A stretch of 40,156 nucleotides of DNA from Jimgerdemannia flammicorona (Eukaryota). The stretch lies in contig RBNJ01000126.1 in the NCBI GenBank assembly GCA_003990765.1, forward strand, positions 1-40,156. The letters run 5' to 3'. This document shows, one piece after another, positions 22,501 to 34,537 of the stretch; the first letter of the stretch is position 1, and the number at the start of each line of letters is the position of its first letter. The position numbers and the translations under genes are program-made. The notes under the pieces are model-generated. The model was not told where the DNA came from and did no database searches. It saw only the letters and a program-made list of their open reading frames with translations.

Positions 22501-25290
22501 ATTGAGTTGCCAGTGACCTCTATCCCCACTGACTATCTGAAATCTTCCACACACCTCCACTCTCCAATGATCTGACTAAGGGCACTACTGTACCAGTATA
22601 TTGCTCTAGTATTCTGCCACCAGAATCTAATCAATTCTCATTCCCACTAGATTCTTACCAATGAGATACCACCTAGTGAAGGGCTCTGGCTTCTCTCTCT
22701 GATGCTACCAGATACTATCAATCAATCCCATATCTCTCTCAACCTGAAGCCATCATGAGAGCCCAGCTGAGATAGCTACTCCAACTCTACCATCAGGTCT
22801 ATCTAATGTCCTATCACATACTATATTAAAGTCCTCCCCCAGAATGTCCAGCCCAATCTCCTCTTGGTCTCCCTAATCTAGCCAGCCCTCCACTCATTAG
22901 TTTCACTCTCTGCCAACTGCCAGAAGATAAATAGAGTCCACAATCAGTCTATCCTTAGCTCCTCTTTTCAATCTACTCTATATCAATTGATCATTATATA
23001 ACTCCATCTCTATTAGCTCACCTCTTCCCACACTCACCAGAATGTCCACCTGTTCATTTCAACCTATACTGCCATACTACTCCTTGCTCTATTTCTCATA
23101 ATCTTGCTTACCATAGAATCAAATATCCTGAAGAAATACTACATTATATCTTCTGATCTTTAGCCAATGAAATAGATACTGCCACTTCACTCTATCTTAC
23201 AGACTATTGACATTTTATGATAAGATATACAGACTATTTATCATTATCAGTAGAAATGTTTAGAGCTCTATAGAGATTGCCACCACCTTCTCAGTCTGAC
23301 CACAGATTATTTCCTTTTGTTCCTTGCAAATAGTCCTCCAGATACAGGCTCCATTCACACTATCACAGAAAGTATCCATTCTCTCAGATACCACTTTCCT
23401 GATATCAGCCATTTGGTTCTCATCTATATTATACTCTTCATCATCTAGAAGTACTGCTACCATCACTGTTACCAACTTTGATCCCTGCATAGTAATATTG
23501 AGAAATCTCTCCCAAGCCTCCTGAGATCCATTAAACACATCCACTTCTTTGATATCTTCCTCCACAAGTTCTTCAAGCACCACTTGATACCAGCTGTTAG
23601 CTGTCATCACTAGAGGCCCAGGGGTGGCAGGTCTAGGGGTCCTACTCAACTCCTGTAGTATCTCTCTATCTGCTAAAATATTAGAGACCACATCCATCAG
23701 ATCATCCTCCTTTAGTGACCTTCTCCAGCTGTACTATCTCACCTGCCTCTGAACACTCCCAATGAACATTTGCTGCCTCTATTATATGGATGTCCTTCAA
23801 CTGAGTCTCTGGTACTATCTCAGTAATATTCTCAAAACCCCCTTCTCTCACCTCCTCCTTATCAGCCTACTTCTCCTTTACTAGTACATGAGCTGAGGTC
23901 TCCACACTACCCAGCTGCAAAAAGGATACCTTGGCTGTCTCCACCTCCTCTATCTGACTCTTGGCTGCCTCTATCCTTGCCTCTTTCTCCACTTTCAAAA
24001 TCTGGAGAACTATCTGCAGATATTCTCAGTTTGCTTTCTGCCACCTCTTCCTCCTCTCATCTGTCAGAATCCAGATTTAGTCCTTGGTGAACTTCTCCCA
24101 TCTCCTCTTTTGCAAATCATTCACAGCCTCTCTCTCCTCCAGAACAAGTAATAATTCCTCCTCCTTCTGTTCAGATCTCTTTCTTCTCCATACCTTGTAC
24201 TTCTGACCACTGATACAAATCACCTCTGGTCAGTCTATGACCTCCTTGTCCTCCAGTTGTATCATAATCTCACAGTTGTCATTCCTCAACTTAGTCCTCT
24301 CTCAGAATATGAATCTAAAATCAACTATCTCACTAAAGCCCCCTAGCACCTCTACCACAATCCCCTTAGTCTCCTGTCTCCCCAATATCAGCAACCTCTC
24401 TACCACCAGATATACAGCATACAGATTCTACCTCAAGTACTTTACTATCCCAATCTTGATATTCTTAACTACCAACTCTTTCTCCAGAGTCTTCACTATC
24501 TCCTTCTTCTCCACAAAGCCAATCTCTACTGCCTCTGCTGACAGAATAAATTTCAGAGACTCTGCAATAGTAACCTCCTCACCCACTAGCTACAAAACCT
24601 CTCTGATAGATATATTCAGCTTCAAGAAGTTCACCAAGATTGCCTACATTAATACTGATTTATAAAAGAAAGGTCACACCATCAGTTCACCAGAGTTCAC
24701 TGCCATTGTCATCTTCTTCTTATTATTTAAAACTCTGGCAGTCACCCCTTCAGCCCCTACAAGCCCACCAGTAGTTCTTCCACTAGCCACTGGCTCAACT
24801 CCAGGAATACAAGTCCTAACTATCATATCTCCAGACTCCTGTCTCCTGCTAAGCACCTGACCAGTCAACTGATCAGTTACCTGACTCCTCCCCCTATCAA
24901 TACTATGTTCTCTCTGCCCTACCCTCATGGGCCTAGCAGTAGTCCTTCTGTCCCCTACTACAGTATGCTAAGTTTCGATACCAGTAGGCCTCCCCTGACC
25001 ACCTGCTCCACCAGCAGTAGCACCAGCCCTAACTACTACTGCAAAACTCTTAGAGAGGCCCAGGCCAGGCCTCCTCCTCTCTAAATACTCAGAGCTTGAT
25101 GAATCTTGGATCACCATCAGATGAAAACTCAATGGATTTTGATGAAACTTATTGTATACTATTGTTAGACTCTTGCTACATCTGATACATCTAAGAATGT
25201 GAAGTGAAAACTTGAAAGCATATTGCTTTTCACATAAGGATGCTTGTGTGGCTTAGCTTGGTCAGTTTGATTTGAGCAAAAGAAGTCTCC
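19527..25290 (-). mobile_element. full-length L1/Tx1-like LINE (~5.8 kb), decayed
   Basis: poly(T) at 19527; TSD tgggattttagaac (19513-19526) vs tagaatttcagaac (25291-25304), 3 transitions; ORF1 ~25117-23260; ORF2 from ~23244 with APE start (ILS*NVN) and RT motifs (FADN, YLGI). Confidence 0.9.
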
Positions 25291-26407
25291 TAGAATTTCA
25301 GAACTCTTCTATCTCATTACTTTTGAGAGTAATGGTAGATTGGACTTCTGTGACCACTATGGCTTCTAGTGCATCTATGCAGCAGACTAACAATTCCTTG
25401 AAGTCTGAGACTCTGGTATACTCTAAGTTAGAGATTGATTAAGATACATAACTGAAGATCTGATAGATCTTTTTAGCTACTCTCAATTTATATATATCTA
25501 TAGAGATATCATCTTGTATCTCTTGAAGGCTGATCTGAGAGAATTCCTAGCAGAGAAGGTTTCCTATTTTATATTTCTGCTATATCTAAAGGTATTTAGT
25601 AGCAGTAGTAATCCTTATCTCTATTTCATAGCAGTAGTGGGTAAAGTGGTAAGAGTTATCAGTATCTAGGTTGAGACTAGGAATCCTTCTGGTATAGGTC
25701 CTCATAACTCTTCTGATATCTTGGAATATTCTTTCTTAGACTGAGAAGCCTTGGTGATTTCTAGACCTTGCAGTTTAGTGAGCAGTAGATATTTTATTTA
25801 TAGTAAGTCTTATTTGAGTTACTACTACTATGGTTTCTTAGTTCTTCTTTTATATTCCTTGAGATATCTATTTTGTAGTCATCATGACTTATAGTTTATT
25901 ATTATTGCTCATCTTGTAGTCTGGGTGAGTCATACTATATAATCTTCTTGTACTCTAATCTAGTGGCTTATAAGAAAAGACTGTCTCCTATAATGATATT
26001 ATCATTCTAAGGTCACTGTTACAATATATCTATTTTTACTTACTCTTTTTTCTCACTCTCTTTTATTCACCCATTATCTTCCATTTTCTGCTTCTGATAC
26101 CTTATCTAATTTCTCAATTTCTCTCTCATCTCTCTACCTCTATCTAATTATTAGTATAAGTTATATTATATATATAGCTGAGTATTATAATATAATGAGT
26201 AGTTACTCTTGATTTTTTGTCATATTCTTGTACTTTAGTTTATTATATATAAGTTAGTTTCAGCTATCACATATTGTATTATTTACTTATTCTAATTCTA
26301 AGAGATACTGCAATCTTTATTTACTTATATATACTTAGTATTTATATATATTTGCTTTATAGCTAAGTATACTTACTAAGTATGAGACTAAGTTAGATAG
26401 CAATTCT

Positions 26408-26706
26408 TAATACTCTAAATAAGTTAATTTAAATTAAATTTGAATTTGATTTATTATATAATAGTTTGATCCAAATCTTAAATCCAAAACAATTCAAATT
26501 AACTTAGATTAATCTGAATCAGTTCATCTAAATTACTCTATCTAAATTACTCTATCTAAACTACATACTCAATCCAAATCACTTAATCCAAACCACTCAA
26601 TCTGAATCATTTAATCTAAATTATTTAATCTAAATCACTCAATCTAAATCACTCAATTTAAATTATCTAATCTGAATTCTTCAATCTGAATCTTCTAATC
26701 CAAATC
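26408..26706 (+). mobile_element. decayed hAT-type terminus with 14-bp subterminal tandem repeats
   Basis: taatactctaaataagttaat equals the MITE-B TIR tagtgctctgaacaagttgat after G>A/C>T changes; about 13 copies of cactcaatcYRaat at 26510-26706. Confidence 0.55.
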
Positions 26707-26717
26707 CTCTACATAAC

Positions 26718-26841
26718 TTATATATTAGATGTATCTATATATATAATACATATATATGTAAATATATATATATAAATATATATATATATAAATACATATA
26801 TATATGCAAAAACATATATACAAATATATAAACATATATAT
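26718..26841. repeat. imperfect (TA)n microsatellite
   Basis: Interrupted tatata runs. Confidence 0.85.
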
Positions 26842-27559
26842 CAACAGATCAGTCTTCAATAGTTCATAGTACTAATGATACTTCAAGTCAAACATTCTTA
26901 ATAGTTTCATACTTTCTATACAATTCTCATTTCCAAAATCTGGCAATATTGTACTAAGACTAGAGATAATATTATTTGTAATTATTATAGATAAAAAGTT
27001 AAAAAAAGAAGATATATTTATGATATAACTAATGTTTTTATTTGATATATACATAATATTGTTTCTATCAACTCCTTTATACTAGTGTAATATAGCAGAT
27101 ACATAATTATATAAGTATATCAGATTTCTGTATCTTGAAAACTTAATCTTCTTTAACTCTGCAGAGTCCTTAGGATATAGTAATGAGTGAGTTTGAAGTG
27201 TATCTACCTATAGGTTTATTAGTTCTCTTGCTTTCTCTTTACTTTAAACTATTTAAATCTGAGATTTATTTACTCTAGATACTAGAGATATTTATATAAG
27301 TTTGCTAGCTATAAGATGGCTAAGTTATGACTATATTTCTAATGAGTTATTTTTTATAAGTATGGATTCTCTATATCTGTAAAATCTCTATAATTATAAG
27401 AATTCTATATCTGTAAAATCTCTACACTTGTAAAGTTTCTATATTTATAAAATGACTACTATTTGTAAGGTTATATTATATTTAGAAATCAGATTTAAAT
27501 ATTATGATCAAATGTCTATTCTCCTGATTTATATTTCTAATTTAGATCAACTATTATAA

Positions 27560-28050
27560 CTTTCTTCTGAATAGGTAATTTGTCTCTAAAATATCTTATT
27601 CACTCAAATTCCCAAGCTTCTATAATTTGTATCTCTTTGTACTATGTAATTTATATCATTATATTCTCTCAATAGTGTCTTCTAATTTGAGTAAAGTCTC
27701 TTGAGACTACTTCTTGAAAGTATACTAGAGCTGGCTCATCATCTTTGAATAGCTTATATGCTTTATTTAGCAATAGTGATCTGAGTATGAGAGAGCTGGT
27801 ACTCTCTAATCTAGTCTTCTTTTTCCATCTCTGACTGTGAATTCAGTAGCTATGTATCTTAACTTAAAATATTTCTGAAGCTCTATCTAGTTCTGATAGG
27901 TCTTAAAGTATGAAATTTATAATAGGTGTGTCTGTACTATACTTTGGATACTGTTAAAGAATTACTCTATTGTGAGTAGCTCAGTAGTACACTATTGTCC
28001 TTCTATGGCTCATTGCATAGTACTAGTAATCTTAAGGACTGTGGCCATAC
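27560..28050 (-). pseudogene. accessory ORF relic between integrase and PPT, homologous to the LTR ORF of families A and B
   Basis: Translates LQKYFKL...KAYKLFKDDEPALVYFQEVVSRDFTQI. Confidence 0.6.
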
Positions 28051-28824
28051 TTTATTGACTAGTCATACATAATACTTCTTAAGTTAGTTTTGATAAATAG
28101 TAGTGGGGATAATTGTGTCTGAGAGTTTTCATAGCCAAAAGGTAGTTCCTTTTATATCTTGTACTAGGTAAGGTCCTTTTCTCTTAGGCTTCAGTTTTTG
28201 TGACCATGAAGCTTCTACTATATTTTAATATACTAGAACTTTGTCTTCTATCTTGATAATCTTCAGTGGCTTATAAATCTTTTCTGTATTATTCTGTTAT
28301 AGAGTCTATACCTTTATTATCTAATTCTCAGCCTTTTTCTAATTTGATATAGTCTCTGAATCTCTATTTTTATATAGTGTCTCTATTAGATGATAAGATT
28401 TCTTGGAAACTTTCTTCTCTGAATAGTATTTTCTGAGGGGTAAAATATGTACTTTGTGATTAGATATCTTATAGAGCAGATAATACTATTGATAGATAAT
28501 AATACTAGTTTTCATAGTTATTACAAATCTTAGCAATGATATTCTTAAGAGTTTTATTAGTTCTTTCTACTTATTTATTTCCTTGAGGGTAATAGGCTAT
28601 AGTCTGAATGTTCTGGATCTTATACTTCTTATAGAGAATTTCAAAGAACAGGCTTACAAATTCTGTTCCTCTGTCTGTAGTTATTTATAGTGGAGTCTTG
28701 AATCAGTAGATAATTTCTTTATAGAAGAAATCAGCTATTGACTATATATTGACTTCTTTGAGAGGTCCTGCTTTTATCTATTTCATAAAAAGATCTACAA
28801 TAAAAATGATATATTAGTTGCTAA

Positions 28825-29363
28825 TAGTGCTCCTAATAAGTCAATTTAATCTAGATTGGATTCAGATTGATTCAGATTAAATCTCATCCAGATTAACCAT
28901 TGTTTTGATTTCCAAATTAGACAATTAAATATTTATATTAATAACTTGATGAATAATCATCCAAATTTGATAATCTTGATATCATTTGAATATCCTTAAT
29001 AAGGCCTTTATAATGATATCAAGATCATTGAAATCAGATTATATATTGCTGAGTTATTAAGGAAAACATCTGACTTGCCAATTTTGGAAATTATTCAACT
29101 TGCTGATTTTGGAAATTATATCAAAAGAATGTTTTCTTTAATATCTTAGCAACATATAATCCAATTTTAATGTTCTTAGTATTATTAGAAAGACCTTATT
29201 AAGAGCTTTTAAATGATACCAAGATAATATAAATTGGATAATTATTCATCAAGTTATTGATGTAAATATTTAATTGTCTAATTTGGAAATCAAAACAATG
29301 ATTGATTTGAATCAATCCAGATGGGATTCAAATCCCATCCAGATCAACTTGTTCAGAGCACTA
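28825..29363. mobile_element. hAT-type foldback MITE, family B (539 bp)
   Basis: TIR TAGTGCTC...GAGCACTA; 8-bp TSD gttgctaa/gttgctgg; long internal inverted arms; interrupts Gypsy-C integrase. Confidence 0.88.
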
Positions 29364-29988
29364 GTTGCTGGTTAAGATCAGAAGTAGAGAGCCAATTACA
29401 TTAATTGCTATATGGGTAAAGGGAACTAGTTCTATATATACTAATTCTGAAGTCTGATTTCATTAGTCTTATTTCTATTTTTGGTATTTGTCACAGGTTC
29501 TGCTAAATCATCTGATATTTTCCTCTATTTCTGATTACTACATTATTCTTCTTACTTTATTATAGGTATTTATTCCTTTTAAATAGTCAAATTTGTATAC
29601 TGATTTCATTACTTATATATTTCTTCTTTTATTTAGATATAACTAGTAGCTTTTCTTTCTTCAATATTTCTCTATTGGTTTCAAATTACTTTTATATCTT
29701 GTTGATAATCATTTATATCTATTCTTCCAGATGTTGGAGCATCTTTCACTATTCTAGATAAATAATAATTCTATAGTAGAGCTCTCTATTCATGATTAAT
29801 TTACTAATTGAGAGTTCTTTAGAGTGTTTATAAGAGAGTATCTCTATTGGTATTAGTTCTTCTACAATAGTATATAATGGTTACATAATAGGCTTGCAAC
29901 TTTATAATCTATCTAGTATAGATTTCTTTAGATTGTCTAGTAATTAGTAATTAGGTGAGAGCTGAATAATCTGTCTGGATGGTAAAGT

Positions 29989-30412
29989 TAGTGCTCCCAA
30001 ATGAGTCAAATCAATTCAAATAAAATCAAATTGAGGGTTAAATGAGTCGAATCAAATTGGGGATTTTTCAATTCAAATCAATTCAAATCGAATCAAAAGT
30101 CAAATTGAATTGAGGGTCTAATTCGAACCCTAATTTTCAAAATGCAATATCTCAGCGTAAACTCATCCAAATCTAACGTACTTTAGCTTGTTAGAATCAC
30201 ATTAATACAGTGAATCTAACAAGCTAAAATACGTTAAATTTGGATGAGTTTTCGTCGAGTTATTATATTTTGAAAATTAAGGTTCGAATCAAACTTTGAA
30301 TTGAATTGGACCTTTGATTTGATTTGAATTGAATTGAATTAGACCCTTGATTCAATTGAATCGAATTGAGTTTGGGCCAAATTCGATTCGATTCAATTTG
30401 TTGGGAGCACTA
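29989..30412. mobile_element. hAT-type MITE, family A copy 1 (424 bp)
   Basis: 12-bp TIR TAGTGCTCCCAA; 8-bp TSD ggtaaagt/gataaagt; central ~170-bp hairpin; interrupts Gypsy-C RNase H. Confidence 0.93.
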
Positions 30413-32475
30413 GATAAAGTATCTCTCAATAATATAGTAGTAGAACTTTTCTATAGTCTAGATAACTGTGAGATATTTCAGCCTATAGGATTTATATTCT
30501 TTTTCAGCTCTGCCGGTTCCTTGGCTAAGATATGTAATAATATACTTTACTTTGTCTTTCTTCTGGGCCAGGATTACTTCTAGTTCTTGTATACTTGCAT
30601 CTGTCTATAGAATGAATTCTTTAGTCCAGTTAGATCTTCTGAGAATAAGTACCTGGGTCAGTCTGATCTTGAGTTTACCAAATATCTTTTATTGTCTGCT
30701 GGTCTATTGAAACTTGATATCTTTCTTATTAAGTTCATAGATTAGGCTTGTAATGTTGAAGAACTCTTTGATAAATCTACAGTAGTAAGAGGTGAGTTCC
30801 ATGAAGACTTGGGCTTCAGTGATAGTTATAGATCTTAGATATACTACTATTGCTTAAATCTTAAGAGAGTCTGTATATATTCTATCTTAGTTGATAATAT
30901 GACTAAGATAGGAGATCTTGATTTTTACAAACTTATACTTCTTGAACTTAATGTATAGACTATGCTTTCTCAACTTCTCTATTATTTATTAGATTACTAT
31001 AGATGTTCTTCTGGTATCTTGTTATAGATAATTACATTATTTACATAAATCATCATCTATCTTCATATATTATAGTAGAAGATCTTATTCATTATTTACT
31101 AGAAACTTGCTAGTATAATATATTCTAAATAGTATTTATAGGTAAATATAAGTTCTATCTAAAATAATGAAGGCTGACTTCTCACTTATGCTTCTGTGAG
31201 GCCAATTTGATAAAATTCTGAATATAAGTCCAAGGTGCTATAGTACTGTACTTCATCTTCTAAGGTTATAATAATATTACTGATAAGAGGTAATAATTGG
31301 TGATTCTTCTTGATAACTAGGTTGAGCTTCTATAATTAGTGCAGAGCCTTGGGGCAAATTCTCCTAGCTTGCTTCCTTCTTTAGAGCTAGTATGACTGAT
31401 GAAGCCCAAGAACTACTGGCTTCTTTAATGATACTAGTCTCTTCTATCTGCTTAATTTCTTCTCTGAGTCATTTATAGTAGACTGGCAGAATGGATCTTG
31501 CTTTTTGATAAATTGGTTTAGTATCTCCTATATCTATATTATAATAGTAGTATGGGGTCTTTTCTTTAATATTCTTAAAATCTGTTGTCAGAATATTCTT
31601 GAATTTATAGAGTATCTTCTTGAGTTCTTTCTTAAGTGGGAATTTATTTTTAATGATATAGCTATACTTGCTTGTAGTTTCCTCCTTTTTGTAATCCAGT
31701 TTAGTGATCTTGATACTGATGAATTCCTCTTCCTGTAGATCTAAATTCTTTCCTTTCTCCCTCTATTTCCTCCAACTTCTTAACTTTTATAATCTTTAGC
31801 TGTAGAACTGGGAAGATCAACATCTGTACTAGTCAGTTCTTCTTCTTAATTGAGAATAAGATTGTAGGATTGTGATTTCTAATAATGAGTAGTATTTCTT
31901 CAATATAATCTGAATTAATGACTTCTCTTTTAATGATAATTTCACTTTTAGCCAGACTGCTTCTAGTCTTGAGAATCCCAATTTGATCTTTTGGAATGAT
32001 TATCTTCAGACTGATCACAAGTAGGGTAGTTGTCTGGAGTTTGAGTATAGTTTCTTCTACTATAGCAATATCTATTATAGCTGTATTCTCTGACTTATAT
32101 TCTGGTAGGATAGAATTAGAGTGAATTTTCTGAATCTTGATCTTAATCTCTTCTTTATCATTACTATCTTCCAGAAGAGCTGATGGATTATCATTCTCTT
32201 TCTCTACTTGTTTCTCAAGAGTCTTCTGCTTTCTCTTATAGTAAATTTTCTTGATTATACTAGTATACTGGTAGCAGTCATTAATATACTCCATGCAGTA
32301 CATTCTGATCTCATGAGAGCAGACTCTTTGTAGTACATATTCTTCTACAATTTTCTTACATCAGTTCTTTTTACTGATTTATTCAACTTTCTTTTTCTTT
32401 TTCTAAGTAATCACTATATAGGCTTCTTCTTGCTCACTTTCTTCATCTATCTTGAAGAGTACTTCTTTGTTGATT

Positions 32476-34476
32476 GGAAATCTCAAGAATATCCAATTAG
32501 CTCTCTATGAATACAAATATTGAGAATAATGTTCTTTTTCAAGTAGGAGAGAATATAATAATTCTTTATATTCTATTTTCTTTTTACTAAATTATTATCT
32601 TTTTCTTTATCATATTACTTAGTTATTTACAAAGAATCTATTTCCTAAATAGTTCTGTCAAGATTCTATTGATTACTAATTGATACTTAGTAACTCTTCA
32701 TAATATTTTATCAAGTTATACTAAGTATATATTTTTTCTTTCTATTTCTCTTATATAAATACTCTCTCAAAATGTCTCAATAAAGTTCAGTCTAGTTAGT
32801 TATTATATATTTACTTAAATCTTCTAAAGGCAATCAAACTTCTCAAGTTCTATTCCTTAAAATCTAGTTATATATTTCTATTTGAACATTTGCTGATATA
32901 TAGTCTAAGTCTTAGATCTTATCTAACTTAACTATATTGAAGTACTCTTGCATTTCAATAAGTATAATATTCTCTATAATATATATATTTATTATACATT
33001 GACTATAATTTATATTTCTTTCCATCTTACCAATATAGTAATAAATATCTGAATTTTATCAATAGTATTAAGAATATCATTCAAGAAATCAGAATAGTTA
33101 AGTTATAGATCTATTCTGATAATAAATACTATTTGTTTATCATTTTTCTTATCTGAGTAACTATGCTTATCAGTCCCAAACTAAGCCTCAAATTTTTATA
33201 TGTTTTATAAACCAAATTGCTAAGAATATAGATAGAAGATATAATATATAAACTATAATTTCATATCTCTAATAAGCCAGCTCTCAATAAAGTCTCACTA
33301 CTCCTTACCTAGAATCTGTTGGACTACTCTCTAAAGCCATATAATAATTATCTTTATGACTAGCTTTCTGTCTATATGCAGAAGTATAATTGGCCACCAG
33401 TTCTTTCAATTCTCTCTTCTACCTTTATCCTTGAAAAGTAGTACCATCAGACCAAGATTCTGCTCCCTAATCTACTTCTTAGATATGAGTATAAAATTAC
33501 AAAATACTACTATTTTCTCTAATACTCAAGAGATCTCTACTATCTTCTTTCAAAAGTTCTAGAGTAGACTATTCTCATCTGATACTATAACTAATTTTGT
33601 GGTAGCCAGAACCTATAGAACCTTCTTCTCCTCAACTAGTAGAATCAGATCTCTAAGGCCATCTATCTAGAGAGGTTGCTAATTCTCTAGAGATTACTCT
33701 AGAGTATCAGTATCAGTGTCTCTTTCTCCTCACTTTACAGATCTCTCCATCTTCTCTTCAGAGGATCTAAGATCTACTGAGTACTATATAGTGCTCCCAA
33801 ATGAGTCAAATCAATTCGAATCAAATCGAATTGAGGGTTAAACAAGTCAAATCGAATTGGGGATTTTTCAATTCGAATCAATTCGAATCAAATCAAAAGT
33901 CAAATCAAATTGAGGGTCTAATTCGAACCCTAATTTTCAAAATGCAATAACTCAGCGTAAACTCATCTAAATCTAACATACTTTAGCTTGTTAGAATCAC
34001 ATTAATACAGTGAATCTAATAAGCTAAAATACGTTGAATTTGGATGAGTTTTCATCGAGTTATTATATTTTGAAAATTAAGGTTCAAATCGAACTTCAAA
34101 TTGAATTGGACCTTTGAATTCGATTTGAATCAAATTGAATTGGACCCTTGATTCGATCGAATTGAATCAAGTTTGGGCCAAATTCGATTTGATTCGATTT
34201 GTTGGGAGCACTAGTACTATATATCAATATACTCTTGATATCCAAAACTCTGTTCTATTACTATCTTACTCTTCTTACTCAAAGAAGCCATGATAGATAC
34301 TTAGAAGACTGCTTACCCTTCTCAAGCCTCTGCCATCTCAATCTAGCTGCTATCTCCTTTATATATGTAAGTCTCCTCTCTCCCTTTCTATATTCTTTAC
34401 AACTCTACTATATATTTCCAACTAGACTTACACCAGCCTCTAATTATCCACTATTCTCACCTTTCTCTGGTACAAT
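32476..34476 (-). mobile_element. old L1/Tx1-like LINE ORF2 (RT) fragment
   Basis: Minus-strand VLLFKDKGR...KNWWPIILLHIDRKL at ~33350-33450; heavily AT-shifted. Confidence 0.8.
33789..34213. mobile_element. hAT-type MITE, family A copy 2 (425 bp)
   Basis: Same TIR; perfect TSD gtactata (33781-33788 and 34214-34221); near-identical to 29989-30412. Confidence 0.95.
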
Positions 34477-34537
34477 TCACATTACACCAACTTCAAGCAA
34501 CAGTTTTTCAACACAACTCAGGAAAGCGACTATCAAC

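Larger units (their letters stand above)
11941..26023 (-). mobile_element. Ty3/Gypsy family A, copy 2 (5' LTR, gag, pol; 3' end lost); 5' LTR split by two nested insertions
   Basis: Colinear with copy 1 in reverse orientation; RT ORF 14038-14295; LTR pieces at 17155-17669, 19204-19526 and 25305-26023. Confidence 0.93.
27086..32475 (-). mobile_element. Ty3/Gypsy family C (dUTPase-bearing), 5'-truncated, with two MITE insertions
   Basis: ORF 31833-32303 (Cys/His module, KTRSSLAKSE, VINSDY), RT/RH/IN relics, PPT-like ttcagaagaaag next to tataata (mutated tgtaaca) at 27558; putative 3' LTR 27086-27558 with TATA and ~17-bp repeats. Confidence 0.88.

Noticed and set aside
26024-26407. Possible host gene or further TE fragment
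   Set aside because: AT-rich and too decayed; no recognisable motif
30170-30222. Integron attC-like cores (ATCTAAC/GTTAGAA) in the MITE hairpin
   Set aside because: Eukaryotic TE context, no cassette ORFs or integrase, and the spacing does not fit attC
34199-34537. N-terminal part of the 203-aa track ORF
   Set aside because: Chimeric read-through of the MITE end and an old antisense LINE; the real ORF1 most likely starts at ATG 34538
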